This document shows positions 40,301 through 48,813 of a DNA stretch of 64,000 nucleotides, one piece after another. Both the position numbers and the translations under genes were made by a program. Numbering within the stretch: position 1 is the stretch's first letter; every line of letters begins with the position of its first letter. Source of the DNA: Gammaproteobacteria bacterium (GTDB lineage: Bacteria > Pseudomonadota > Gammaproteobacteria > JAJDYQ01); the NCBI GenBank assembly GCA_963662865.1, contig OY759969.1, positions 1,424,565 through 1,488,564 on the forward strand, read 5' to 3'. The notes below the pieces were generated by a model. That model worked only from the letters and a program-made list of their open reading frames with translations, did not search any database and was not told the origin of the DNA.

Positions 40301-40588
40301 GTCCACCTCGCGATTGGCGGCAATCATGGACATCGCCTGACGCTTGTCGCACAGCTGTTTGAGTGCATCATCAATCGCGGATTCGGGGATGCCAGGATTC
40401 AACGCGATGGCCGCAGCCTTTAAGCGGTCGTGCAGGATGACATCGCGTTTGTCCTTGCGCCCGGACTTATCGTTGTTCAAGTCGGCGGGATCAGAAGTGA
40501 AGCAATTCAGCGTGTCGTAGCCATAATCATCACGCAGGCGTTGCAACATCGCCTGTTCGATATCGTCTTCCGATATGAAGTTAGGCAT
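37313..40588 (-). CDS. hsdR: Type I restriction enzyme R subunit HsdR
   Basis: 1091 aa. N-terminus MPNFISEDDIEQAMLQRL is typical of HsdR. It has a PD-(D/E)xK nuclease region, SF2 translocase motifs (TQGSGKS, DEAH-like VDEAHRTQ) and a C-terminal helical domain. Confidence 0.9.
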   Translation of the reverse strand: MPNFISEDDIEQAMLQRLRDDYGYDTLNCFTSDPADLNNDKSGRKDKRDVILHDRLKAAAIALNPGIPESAIDDALKQLCDKRQAMSMIAANREVDGQIRDGVRVEFKDEQGRNRKERVKVIDFNDPASPHNQFLAVTQLWIQSTSAAAKASYRRPDILLYINGLPLVFIELKNSNIKLRSAYDDNLTNYKADIPQLFLANALCVFSNGIETRVGSLTAEWEHFFHWLRPDDEKEKIKREQISENGTSAERFLAGLCPHDKLLDYIENFVIYHKETQKIIAQNHQFIGVNKGFDKFLRREEFGGKLGVFWHTQGSGKSFSMIFYARKIFRKCQGNYSFVVITDRDDLDGQIYRNFLNTNTVKKSDAAQPKDSEQMRTFLGQNKRLVFTLIQKFRWPKGQDYPLLSNRDDIIVIVDEAHRTQYKSLAENLRAALPKAQYLAFTGTPLLGRDRKTNEWFGEYVSEYNFSQSMDDGTTVPLFYKKRVPKVLNQNEDLSEEFCEILEDENLDDAQQEKLERKFASELEVIKRDDRLDTIADDIVFHFPRRGYLGKGMVIAVDKFTAVKMHDKVKLRWKQEIKKLRGELKTSQDEVHKARLKKTIDYMRKVEMAVVVSAENGEEEKFDEQDLDMRPHRKRMEHVDEHGHDLEYNFKDPEHPLQLVFVCAMWLTGFDAPTVSTLYLDKPQKDHTLMQTIARANRVCSYRINGVEKKNGEIVDYYGVIGRLKKAIKDYGQGDAGTDDPPVKDKDELFRLLDEAIEQGTVFCAERDIDIDEALATGDIFTKVGLFKTWADQLLTKDEWRKSFKVYQNTISALYEASKPEVLGQPVVRKVVVFQYLCGVVDSIIEQQDIDSAVKQINELLDESVIVDDADFKGVKEGKVGYKIEQKGQGWDLSKVDFDKLKKDFKQASYKNIEIADLRAFLEKKLNDMLNQNRTRRDFAERLQDIIDNYNAGSTSADAAFAELVKFAQDLKEENERHIREGLTEDELEIYDLLRKDKMTKAEEQTLRLAAKALLKRLTEEKPKVLVQDWYKTSDTRLRVRDRVGKVLDEHLPEDSYDKELFKEKRDALFELTLDLAINNSKWAAQSGAVH

Positions 40589-41921
40589 GGGCGGCCTCGG
40601 GTTCAGTGGTCTCTTCCTGCATGCTCGGCGGGAACTGTATGTCGAGGTCTTCCACCGAGAGCTTGCCGGAGATCAGGCGTGGGAGGAGAAGATCACGGGT
40701 TTGTGTTGCAACAGTATTTTCAAGTCCAATCTGATCTTTAAGATCCAGTATTGGCTTCACAGCATCTTCAAATTGCTGCTGAAGAGTAGCGGGAGGAGTC
40801 AACATCTTATGGTGTTTGAGAAAACTCTCAAACTGATAATTACTGATCCCTGTGGATTGAACTTGAAATATCCCGACGAGCCCTTGCTCATAAAACAACT
40901 TCAGATACTGCTGCATCAGATACGGCGAAACCTTTTGACGGTCGAATCGAATCAACTTACAGAAACTGGCTGGAATCACCGTTTCCGGAAGGGAGCTCAA
41001 AAGCGAACTAGATACTCGAACGTTTCGTCCAAGCAACTGATTCTTGCTACCACCAGATACTTCGAACACAAAATCATCTGGCTGCATGATGCGGGACTTG
41101 AGATTTGACGCCGTATGAAAACGAAACGGCATTGAAGACAAGTCCGCTCGCTGGACCTTTGGAATGTCTGTTCCGCGAATCACAAATGCCGACTCGCTGT
41201 ACCCAGATGTCTGATCCTCTTCACCCCAGCCCCCTCCAATGTAGTGCTCGATGAGGGCTCCCATGCTCTTCGGTTCCCAACCTTCAGGCACACCTTTGAC
41301 GAACTTGGCGGCTTGGTGGCCAGGGAAGCGCATGCGGACGAACCATTCGCGGTAGAGCTCCTCGGCCATCTTTTCGAGCAGGGCGATGCGGCGTTTGTTG
41401 GTCTCGATCAGGTCGTCATACGCCGACAGAATTGCAGCGATTCGTCGCTTCGCCTCTGGGCTGGGCGCTATTACCGGAACCTTACGTAAATCCGTTAACC
41501 CAACGAACTGCTGGCTGGTCCCAGTAAGGAAGGTGTCAAGAGCCGCCTGACCAATGGAGCTTGTAAGATAGTAGTATAACCACATACCGTCATCTCGGCT
41601 GCGGCTTTTGAATAACCCAATATTTTTGATCGCGAAATTAGGTCTATCTCGGACAAGCGCCATCTGACCGACGGTTCCGATCATTGAGAACAAGACATCC
41701 CATTGATCCACTTTGCTACGTTTATTAACCGCATCAAAATCAGCAGTGCTGATGTTGTAGGCGCCATCAAGTTTGATCTGACCTTCTTTTAAATTCTTGG
41801 ATGTAATGAGGGGATACCCATCATCTGCAGGCTTTGGCGTGTCGTGAGTCCCGTCCGCCACACGAAGACAAAAGTCGGACGACTTTTCCACAGTCCACCC
41901 AGCTGGAAGTACAGCTTTCAT
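40581..41921 (-). CDS. hsdS: Type I restriction-modification specificity subunit HsdS (two target-recognition domains)
   Basis: 446 aa. Its stop and start overlap hsdR and hsdM. It has conserved central and C-terminal coiled-coil spacer motifs (LPRLISGKLSV). Confidence 0.8.
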   Translation of the reverse strand: MKAVLPAGWTVEKSSDFCLRVADGTHDTPKPADDGYPLITSKNLKEGQIKLDGAYNISTADFDAVNKRSKVDQWDVLFSMIGTVGQMALVRDRPNFAIKNIGLFKSRSRDDGMWLYYYLTSSIGQAALDTFLTGTSQQFVGLTDLRKVPVIAPSPEAKRRIAAILSAYDDLIETNKRRIALLEKMAEELYREWFVRMRFPGHQAAKFVKGVPEGWEPKSMGALIEHYIGGGWGEEDQTSGYSESAFVIRGTDIPKVQRADLSSMPFRFHTASNLKSRIMQPDDFVFEVSGGSKNQLLGRNVRVSSSLLSSLPETVIPASFCKLIRFDRQKVSPYLMQQYLKLFYEQGLVGIFQVQSTGISNYQFESFLKHHKMLTPPATLQQQFEDAVKPILDLKDQIGLENTVATQTRDLLLPRLISGKLSVEDLDIQFPPSMQEETTEPEAAHA

Positions 41922-44002
41922 TCGTTGTTCGCCAGCTCTTGAACATTAGCGAGGATTACATCTTCCAAGCCCTTGGAAACCTGACTTATCGAGGCAAGGT
42001 CGTCACTCATTCTTACTAGGTCATCGATGAACTCCTCCTCCGTCTTACCGTCCTCCTCAATCACAACGCCGACATAGCGGCCCGGGTTGAGTGAGTAGTC
42101 CTGCTCCTTGACCTCGTCGAGATCAGCCAGTTTGCACAGGCCGGTAACGTCTTCGTATTTGGCCTCGGGGAAACGTTCCTGTAGCCAGTGGATGTGGCCG
42201 AAGAAGCTTTCGGCATTCTTAACCTCTGCATGCAGAGTTTCGAGGGCAGTCTTGAGGTATTTGGTGGCGCGATCAGACGTCTGGCGTTTGCCCGCCTCCT
42301 TGGCGTTCTCCGCAAGTGTTTTCTCGTGACGGCGCACAGACTTATCGATCTGCTTCAGACAGCCGTGCAGTTGAGTGAAGAAGGGATCGAAGGTGGTGCG
42401 CAGTGCCTGCTGGGCGGCGTTCTGCTTGTCAGCTGTCGTTTTACCACCGTTAATCTTTTGATAAGCGGCGTAAGCCTTCTGAAGCGAGTCGAGATCATCC
42501 CAAGTTTCTACCAGGCTGGCGACGGCGTCTTTACCCGTTTTGTCAGCGAGAACTTCTAAAATCTGTGCCGACACCGGCTCTACTTGAGATTTGTTCTCGG
42601 CGAGGCGTTTCATGCCCGCAGCGAAATAACCATCGATAAGGTTCAAGAACTCGTCGCGACGACCTTTGTGCAGGCGGCTGATGATGGCGATGTTCTGAAT
42701 CTGTTCCGCCGAGAACTCGCGATGGGCGCGATCGATCTGGGTGAATATGTTGCGGGCGTCGATGAACAGGATGCGATCGTCGGTCTTGCCCTTGTCGAAG
42801 AACCAGAGCGTGGCCGGCAGGGTGACGGTGTAGAACATGTTCGACGGCAGAGTAAGCATGCCGTAGATAAGACCCTTTTCTATGAGGGTCTGACGAATAT
42901 CGGCCTCTGAATGACGGGCATCGGAGGCGGAATTGGCCATGACGAGCGCGGCACGGCCAGAACCCTCTTTCAGCGAGGTGGCGAAGAGATTGATCCAGAG
43001 GTAATTGGCGTTGGGGACGGTTTCCTTGCCCTTGTCCGACTTTTTGGCCTTGGTTTTCTTGCGTGGGATACCGTATTCGTTGAAGCGCGGGTCATTCTCC
43101 ACGTCTGCAAGCGAGACCTCATCCACGTTGAACGGGGGATTGGCGAGCACGTAGTCGAACTTGCCGAGCGAATCAAAATGATCCTCGTAATAGGTGATGC
43201 CCTGCTTGATCTCGCCGCGCAGGCCGTTGACTGCGAGGTTCATACGGGCGAGCTTGACGGTTTCGCTCTCTTTCTCCTGCCCCGATACGAACACACTGGT
43301 ATCGGTGCCCTGCGCTTCCAGCTCCTTGCGGTGCTCTTCGATAAACTGCGCCGACTGCACGAACATACCGCCCGAGCCGCAAGCCGGGTCGAAGACCGTG
43401 CCGCCGTGGGGCTCGATGATCTCGACCATGAGCCGCACCACCGAGCGGGGCGTAAAGAAGGTGCCGCCGCCCTGTCCTTCGGCCAGTGCGAACTTGCCGA
43501 GGAAGTATTCGTAGATGTGACCAAAAATATCGCCGGTTGTGTGGTCCGGAATGTTGTCGAACTGCCGGAGCAAATCGAACGGCAGCGTCTTCATCTGCTC
43601 GGTGCGGGTGAGGCGGTGGTACTCGTCCTTCGGCAGGCTGCCTTCGAGCTCGGGCTTGTAGGTCTCGATGGACTCCATCGCCTCTTCCAGCGCCTTGGCG
43701 ATGTCCTGATCTTCGGGCAGATCGAGCAGGTAGCTGTAGCGGGCGTGACCCGGGAGGTAGAAACCACACTTGGCAATGGCGATTTCTTCGATCGGTTTCT
43801 CGCGACGGGTGCCTTTGAGCTTGTCGAACTCGGCCTGGATGGCTTTTTCATGCCGACGGTAGTTGATGTCGGCGAACTTGAGGAAGATCAGGCCGAGGAC
43901 AGGGGTGCCATATTCCGAGGCTTTGAGGTCGGAGTTGGCGCGGAGGTTGTCGGCGGCAGACCAGAGGTCGTCTTGAAGTTGTTTTAGTTGTTCCGGGGTC
44001 AT
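41918..44002 (-). CDS. hsdM: Type I restriction-modification N6-adenine methyltransferase HsdM (long form, 694 aa)
   Basis: HsdM_N domain, SAM motif (DPACGSGGMFV) and catalytic NPPF (VLANPPFN). Its start overlaps hsdS by 4 nt. Confidence 0.9.
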   Translation of the reverse strand: MTPEQLKQLQDDLWSAADNLRANSDLKASEYGTPVLGLIFLKFADINYRRHEKAIQAEFDKLKGTRREKPIEEIAIAKCGFYLPGHARYSYLLDLPEDQDIAKALEEAMESIETYKPELEGSLPKDEYHRLTRTEQMKTLPFDLLRQFDNIPDHTTGDIFGHIYEYFLGKFALAEGQGGGTFFTPRSVVRLMVEIIEPHGGTVFDPACGSGGMFVQSAQFIEEHRKELEAQGTDTSVFVSGQEKESETVKLARMNLAVNGLRGEIKQGITYYEDHFDSLGKFDYVLANPPFNVDEVSLADVENDPRFNEYGIPRKKTKAKKSDKGKETVPNANYLWINLFATSLKEGSGRAALVMANSASDARHSEADIRQTLIEKGLIYGMLTLPSNMFYTVTLPATLWFFDKGKTDDRILFIDARNIFTQIDRAHREFSAEQIQNIAIISRLHKGRRDEFLNLIDGYFAAGMKRLAENKSQVEPVSAQILEVLADKTGKDAVASLVETWDDLDSLQKAYAAYQKINGGKTTADKQNAAQQALRTTFDPFFTQLHGCLKQIDKSVRRHEKTLAENAKEAGKRQTSDRATKYLKTALETLHAEVKNAESFFGHIHWLQERFPEAKYEDVTGLCKLADLDEVKEQDYSLNPGRYVGVVIEEDGKTEEEFIDDLVRMSDDLASISQVSKGLEDVILANVQELANNE

Positions 44003-44037
44003 AATTTCTCTAATTCCACGGTCTTATTCATAGGCGC

Positions 44038-45876
44038 TCATACTCGCTCCGCAAGATCCCGCTCTAACCAAGCCGGATCCCAAATCTCTTCCGCGAGCTG
44101 GCGGTATAGCGCTTGGCGTGAGTCCATATCAGCTTTCTTGAAATCCTTGTGGGCCTTGAAGGGCAGCGCCGACTCCTTGATAAAGTGCTTAAAGCCCGGA
44201 TTGTGACTGTAAGCGCCTTCATGGAGGCTCCGCGCCAGCAGATTCTGACCGTTGTAGTGCTCCAGTTTTTTCATGTAGGGCAAATCGCCATAGCTGGCAT
44301 TGAAGCTCTTCGGCAACAGCAGGAGTCCGCCGATTCGATCCCGGTACTCCAAGAAATCCGCTGGATGAATAAATTCATCTGTGTGCCGTTCCGGCTGATT
44401 GGCCCAGATATGTTCGATTTCGTATCCGTTTTTGCCTTTACGCTGAATGTATTCGGGGTAGTGGGATGCTCCACCCGCTGAGGTTTCAATGAAGTCCGTC
44501 ATTCGCGCCAGCATCCTGTGAATCTGCTGCTTATTCATGCCGTGCATGCTAAATCGATCATTTGACGCGAATGTTTCCGTTTCGCTGGCCAGCCTCTTTT
44601 CAAGTAGCTCAACAAGTTCAGATGCCGATTTACTCCGAATCTCTTTGATCACCAGAAACATAGCGTACTGCAGGTTCGAGTAACTAATCGCCCGCCAATT
44701 CCACACGCGCCGCGCAATCAGGATATTCAGATATCTCGAGACGATCCGGAGCTTCTGGCGAATCTGGTCTTCCGAGTCCGCCATCTTGAGGGGCGCTAGC
44801 AAGACCGGATACTGCAGGGTGAAGTTGTTCTGCGCATTGAAGTGAATGCACTCGAGCCCTGCGGTTAACGCGTTAGCTGCCTCACGGACCTTTTTGTACC
44901 AACGGGCGTAGAACGAGAATTCATTCTGGATGAACTCCGCGAAATCCGAATCGGTCGCCAGCCCGAGGGCGTCCTCATGCGCGCGGACCCAGCGGTGAAA
45001 CTCGGTACCGATCAGATCGAAGTCCTGAGGCAGGGCGCCCCGCTTGCGCTCGCGAATGCTCTTAGCATGCTGACTGCGCAGCCAGGATTTAATCGCATCG
45101 GAGTCTTCCTCCTTGCCCAGGGTTTGCAGCTCGGCAATCATCTTGCGCCAGACCACGCTAGCCTGATTGCGTTTGTCCGGATCTGAGATATTGGCGAGCA
45201 AATAGCCCTTCAGCATATCGGTGGCCGTCAATGACAGGCCACGATCATTCATCGTCTCGAAGATCGTATAAGCGTCATCATCCGAGTACGCAGTGATCTC
45301 GACCAGATGCACGTTTTCGATCAGCCAATCCGTGAAATACGGCAAGGCCTGTTGCTCAAGCTCCTCGGGGAATTGATCCTCGATATCGCGATGGCGTGCC
45401 AGAATATTGGCGACGGATTCTGGCTGGTCCGCCTCATCGAACGGCGAACCGGTAAACAGCGCCTCCATGCAGTCGTTGCGCTCGGGGACATCAAGATTGA
45501 ACGAGCGTTTGCCGTACTTCTGCGAAAAAATCAGCTCGGCGAGCTGACCCTGCTGATTGGCGTCGTCTAACAGTTTGTGGAGATAGACGAGCAGTAAGGT
45601 CAGCGTGGTGAGGCGCTGCTGGCCGTCGATAATGAATTTCTGGCCGTCGCGGTCACTAATGATGATCGAGCCGAGAAAATAGTGGCCGTATTTTTCAACC
45701 TCTGAGCGTTTGTGGGTCGCGTCGTAGCTTTCCCGGAACTTCTCGACTAGATCATCGATCAGCTCTTGGACTTGCTTGGGCTGCCAACGGTATTCGCGCT
45801 GGTAGTAGTCGATGGCGTACTTTGAGCCACCGAGGAGTTTTCGGAGGTTTTGCGCGTCGCCGCGGATTTCTTTCAT
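44038..45876 (-). CDS. GmrSD-like type IV (modification-dependent) restriction endonuclease: DUF262 (ParB-like NTPase) N-domain plus DUF1524 (His-Me/HNH-like) C-domain
   Basis: DUF262 signature IIDGQQRLTTL near the N-terminus. C-terminal His-Me finger block GYEIEHIWANQ. 612 aa. It is first in the operon with hsdM-hsdS-hsdR (36-nt gap to hsdM). Confidence 0.75.
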   Translation of the reverse strand: MKEIRGDAQNLRKLLGGSKYAIDYYQREYRWQPKQVQELIDDLVEKFRESYDATHKRSEVEKYGHYFLGSIIISDRDGQKFIIDGQQRLTTLTLLLVYLHKLLDDANQQGQLAELIFSQKYGKRSFNLDVPERNDCMEALFTGSPFDEADQPESVANILARHRDIEDQFPEELEQQALPYFTDWLIENVHLVEITAYSDDDAYTIFETMNDRGLSLTATDMLKGYLLANISDPDKRNQASVVWRKMIAELQTLGKEEDSDAIKSWLRSQHAKSIRERKRGALPQDFDLIGTEFHRWVRAHEDALGLATDSDFAEFIQNEFSFYARWYKKVREAANALTAGLECIHFNAQNNFTLQYPVLLAPLKMADSEDQIRQKLRIVSRYLNILIARRVWNWRAISYSNLQYAMFLVIKEIRSKSASELVELLEKRLASETETFASNDRFSMHGMNKQQIHRMLARMTDFIETSAGGASHYPEYIQRKGKNGYEIEHIWANQPERHTDEFIHPADFLEYRDRIGGLLLLPKSFNASYGDLPYMKKLEHYNGQNLLARSLHEGAYSHNPGFKHFIKESALPFKAHKDFKKADMDSRQALYRQLAEEIWDPAWLERDLAERV

Positions 45877-45973
45877 TAATGCCTCTATCTTTTCAAGTGG
45901 CTTTCTGAAGATGGACTCTACTAAGTTCAGTCTGGTAAGAACATCCTGGTAAGAACATCGGTGAACAGGTCAA

Positions 45974-47350
45974 TCAGGGTAACACCCTGTCTAAGCCGTG
46001 ATAATAACGATACAGCAACCATTGCCCTATCCTGCGCAGTGGCCTTAATGGATGCTCAGGGAGCTGCGAGTTATATATAGGGAGCGTCTCTAAGCTCTTA
46101 TCAAATACTCCGGCTACTTTTTGTGCCATCCGTTTGCCGGCCTGCGCTGAAAAGGAGACACCATTACCGCCGTAACCAAGCGCATAAAAAATATTTTTTC
46201 CGTCTATCTCTGCAACTCTAGGCATCATATCGTGGCTTACGTCCACCCAGCCCCACCATGAATAATCAATCGTTGCCGACCTGAGAGCCGGGAATTTTTG
46301 ATACAGGCCATCAATCAGCAAATCGTAGTGTTTTTTGTTATCAGCATCGCTACCAACAATAGCGCTGCGCGTCCCAATTTGCATACGGCCATCCGGTAAT
46401 AAGCGATAATAAAATCTGAGGATGCGCGTATCGGTCATAACCATATTGGTTTTTATACCGGACTCTTCTAACTGGCTTGCCGTTAAAACGCTGGTCACGA
46501 CGCTGTTAGAGAGTATGGGCATATAGCGATAAGATAAATAAGGGTTGAGCGAGGCGTGGGTATAAGCACCTGTGGCAACCGCAACTCTTCTTGCTCTAAC
46601 GATGCCTTTTGGCGTTACAAGACAGTGATATCCCTGCTTTTCTTCCCAGGCAATAACGGGACTGGACGTGTAAATTTTTGCTCCATATTTTCTGGCTGCT
46701 CCGGCATAGCCGTATGCCAGTTTAGCAGGGTGCACACCAAACCCTATTGGTTCCAGCAGGGCGCCATGGCTGTGGCGCTCGTCCACATACTCAGCCTTTA
46801 GCCTATGGGGACTGATTATCTCGGTATTATAGGAAAATACCCTGTTATTTAATTCCGACTCGCTGCTTAATCTGGCGAATATGCCTGGCTTGTGGGCAAT
46901 GTACAGGTGCCCTCTATCGGTCAGGTCGCAGGCAATATCTTCATCTTTGATAATAGCCTCAAAGGTGGCAAAACCCTGGCAGATCTCCTCGTGCAGTGCT
47001 TTGGCTGTTGTCTCTCCCCATTTTCTAAGCCACTGACTGCGACCAAGCCTGCCGGCTGCCAGTTGTGCTTGTCCACCATTTCTGCTGGTGCACCCCCAAC
47101 TCAGGCAATTAGCCTCCAATACTGCTGTTTCAATATGGTGCTCTTTAGCCAGAAAAAGTGCCGTAGCAAGGCCGGTGAACCCTGAACCAATCACTGCGGT
47201 GTCAACCGTTATATCTGCCGTAACAGTACCGTCATCCTCAGGCTTTATCCCGGCAGAATCAACCCAGTAAGTTGGCGCATAATCCGTGCCACAGCCGGGC
47301 GTTTTATCAACTAAGGGGTCGTAGTGCGGATTGTATTCCTTAAGAGGCAT
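45974..47350 (-). CDS. FAD-dependent oxidoreductase (DadA/PuuB-like amine oxidase family)
   Basis: N-terminal FAD dinucleotide-binding motif VIGSGFTGLATALFLA. 458 aa. Confidence 0.7.
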   Translation of the reverse strand: MPLKEYNPHYDPLVDKTPGCGTDYAPTYWVDSAGIKPEDDGTVTADITVDTAVIGSGFTGLATALFLAKEHHIETAVLEANCLSWGCTSRNGGQAQLAAGRLGRSQWLRKWGETTAKALHEEICQGFATFEAIIKDEDIACDLTDRGHLYIAHKPGIFARLSSESELNNRVFSYNTEIISPHRLKAEYVDERHSHGALLEPIGFGVHPAKLAYGYAGAARKYGAKIYTSSPVIAWEEKQGYHCLVTPKGIVRARRVAVATGAYTHASLNPYLSYRYMPILSNSVVTSVLTASQLEESGIKTNMVMTDTRILRFYYRLLPDGRMQIGTRSAIVGSDADNKKHYDLLIDGLYQKFPALRSATIDYSWWGWVDVSHDMMPRVAEIDGKNIFYALGYGGNGVSFSAQAGKRMAQKVAGVFDKSLETLPIYNSQLPEHPLRPLRRIGQWLLYRYYHGLDRVLP

Positions 47351-47353
47351 TAT

Positions 47354-47752
47354 TCAGGTGCTAACCTGCTTTCTAAAGGCGTTTTTGACCGATATTTTGC
47401 CATCTCTAAAGGTAAAAATATCACAGCCTTGTGCCTTAATACAGTTACCATCTTTATCGGTTCCGCTAAATATCCACTCAGCCAGACCGCGATTTTCACA
47501 AACAAAGATATCACCAGCCTCCCAGCAGGCATCGGGCATTGCCTCCCAAACTGCTGTAAACGCGGATTTAATCGCATCTCTACCATGGATTTTGTTGCCA
47601 TAAACCGTTGTTCCGGCCACTGTATAAAAGCAGGCATCCTCTGTCATCATCGCCACCAGTGCATCGGCATCGTGGCGGTTAAAAGCCTGACCAAAATCAG
47701 TCAATAATTGGTAATAGTTTGTATCCATTGTATGTATTTGCCTATAAAACAA
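47354..47752 (-). CDS. NTF2/SnoaL-like (ketosteroid-isomerase-fold) small protein
   Basis: ~125-132 aa alpha+beta cone-fold pattern. It is immediately downstream of the oxidoreductase with a 3-nt gap. The start may be the internal MDTNYY. Confidence 0.45.
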   Translation of the reverse strand: MFYRQIHTMDTNYYQLLTDFGQAFNRHDADALVAMMTEDACFYTVAGTTVYGNKIHGRDAIKSAFTAVWEAMPDACWEAGDIFVCENRGLAEWIFSGTDKDGNCIKAQGCDIFTFRDGKISVKNAFRKQVST

Positions 47753-47955
47753 GAAGAGAATTAATACAGTAATCCATAGATCACTGAAAGTGAACCAGTC
47801 GCTATTTTCTGTTCTGTTTCTATCCGGCCGATTTCAGTTTCCATGTCTCGTATGGCTGATCCGGTTCCGACGAAAACATTTGCCTGAAGGGCTTGATTAT
47901 AATAATTTTCCAGGGATTATTGCGGACTATATGTATCGTTTCCAATAAGGTTATG

Positions 47956-48813
47956 CTAGTTTGACTTACCTCGCCAAGGCACCAAACGGGCCTCCATGGT
48001 GCGCATAAAAATATCAATAGCATAAGCAACCAAGCTAATTAAAATCACACCAAGAACGACAATATCTGTTGATAAAAATTTACTGGCAACCATAATCATC
48101 ATTCCAATTCCCGACTCGGCCGCAACCAGTTCCGCCGCCACCACAGTTCCCCAGCAAACACCCATTGAAACACGCATACCTGTAAAAATCTCTGGTAAGG
48201 CATTAGGCAGTATAATGCGGAGCAAAATTTGCCTTTTATTGGCGTTTAGAGTGTAGGCAGCATAAACCTTGGCGATATTGGTTGATAGCGCCCCTGAACG
48301 AGTTGCCAGTGCCATAATCCAAAGCGCTGCCAGGAACAGCAAAAATATTTTCGCGCTCTCACCAATACCCAACCACAAGATAACCAGTGGAATCAGGGCC
48401 AGCGGAGGCATTGGACGAAAAAATTCGACAATCGGATCGAAAATTCTGTTCATTATCTTGGACAGCGCCAGAGCAAAGCCGAGTGGAATACCAACCAGAC
48501 AGCCCAATAAAAACCCCATTAACACCCTGTAAACACTGATACCAACATGTTCCAGCAGAGTGGCGTTACGATAGCCTTCTGAGGCAATAACATTTAACTG
48601 GTGCCAGACATCGCCAATCGGTGGCCAGAACAATGGTTTAACCCAACCAAAAATGTCTGAAAAAATCCATAGTAATAGCAAAAAGGCAATACTGGCAAAA
48701 GTCCAAATACGCCCACCCGGTGCTTCCACCAGAGAGGAATCACCAAAACTAACCGTTTTGCGCTGGTTCTCCGCATTTTTAGCATTCAATGCCTTTAAAA
48801 TAGCCTTCATCGT
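47956..48813 (-). CDS. ABC transporter permease, NitT/TauT family (TauC/SsuC-like)
   Basis: Six TM segments. The likely start MKAILKAL overlaps the stop of the ATPase gene, so the ORF-track start at 48855 is probably too long. Confidence 0.8.
   Translation of the reverse strand, partial: TMKAILKALNAKNAENQRKTVSFGDSSLVEAPGGRIWTFASIAFLLLLWIFSDIFGWVKPLFWPPIGDVWHQLNVIASEGYRNATLLEHVGISVYRVLMGFLLGCLVGIPLGFALALSKIMNRIFDPIVEFFRPMPPLALIPLVILWLGIGESAKIFLLFLAALWIMALATRSGALSTNIAKVYAAYTLNANKRQILLRIILPNALPEIFTGMRVSMGVCWGTVVAAELVAAESGIGMMIMVASKFLSTDIVVLGVILISLVAYAIDIFMRTMEARLVPWRGKSN

Noticed and set aside
39326-43987. Long plus-strand ORFs (286 aa at 39326-40186; 358 aa at 42911-43987, and others) inside hsdR/hsdM
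   Set aside because: Antisense to genes with unambiguous Type I R-M motifs. They are a GC-rich open-frame artefact.
25268-46000. Integrase or transposase marking the island
   Set aside because: I scanned all ORFs in and around the island. None has tyrosine- or serine-recombinase or DDE transposase features. Only an excisionase-type HTH is present.
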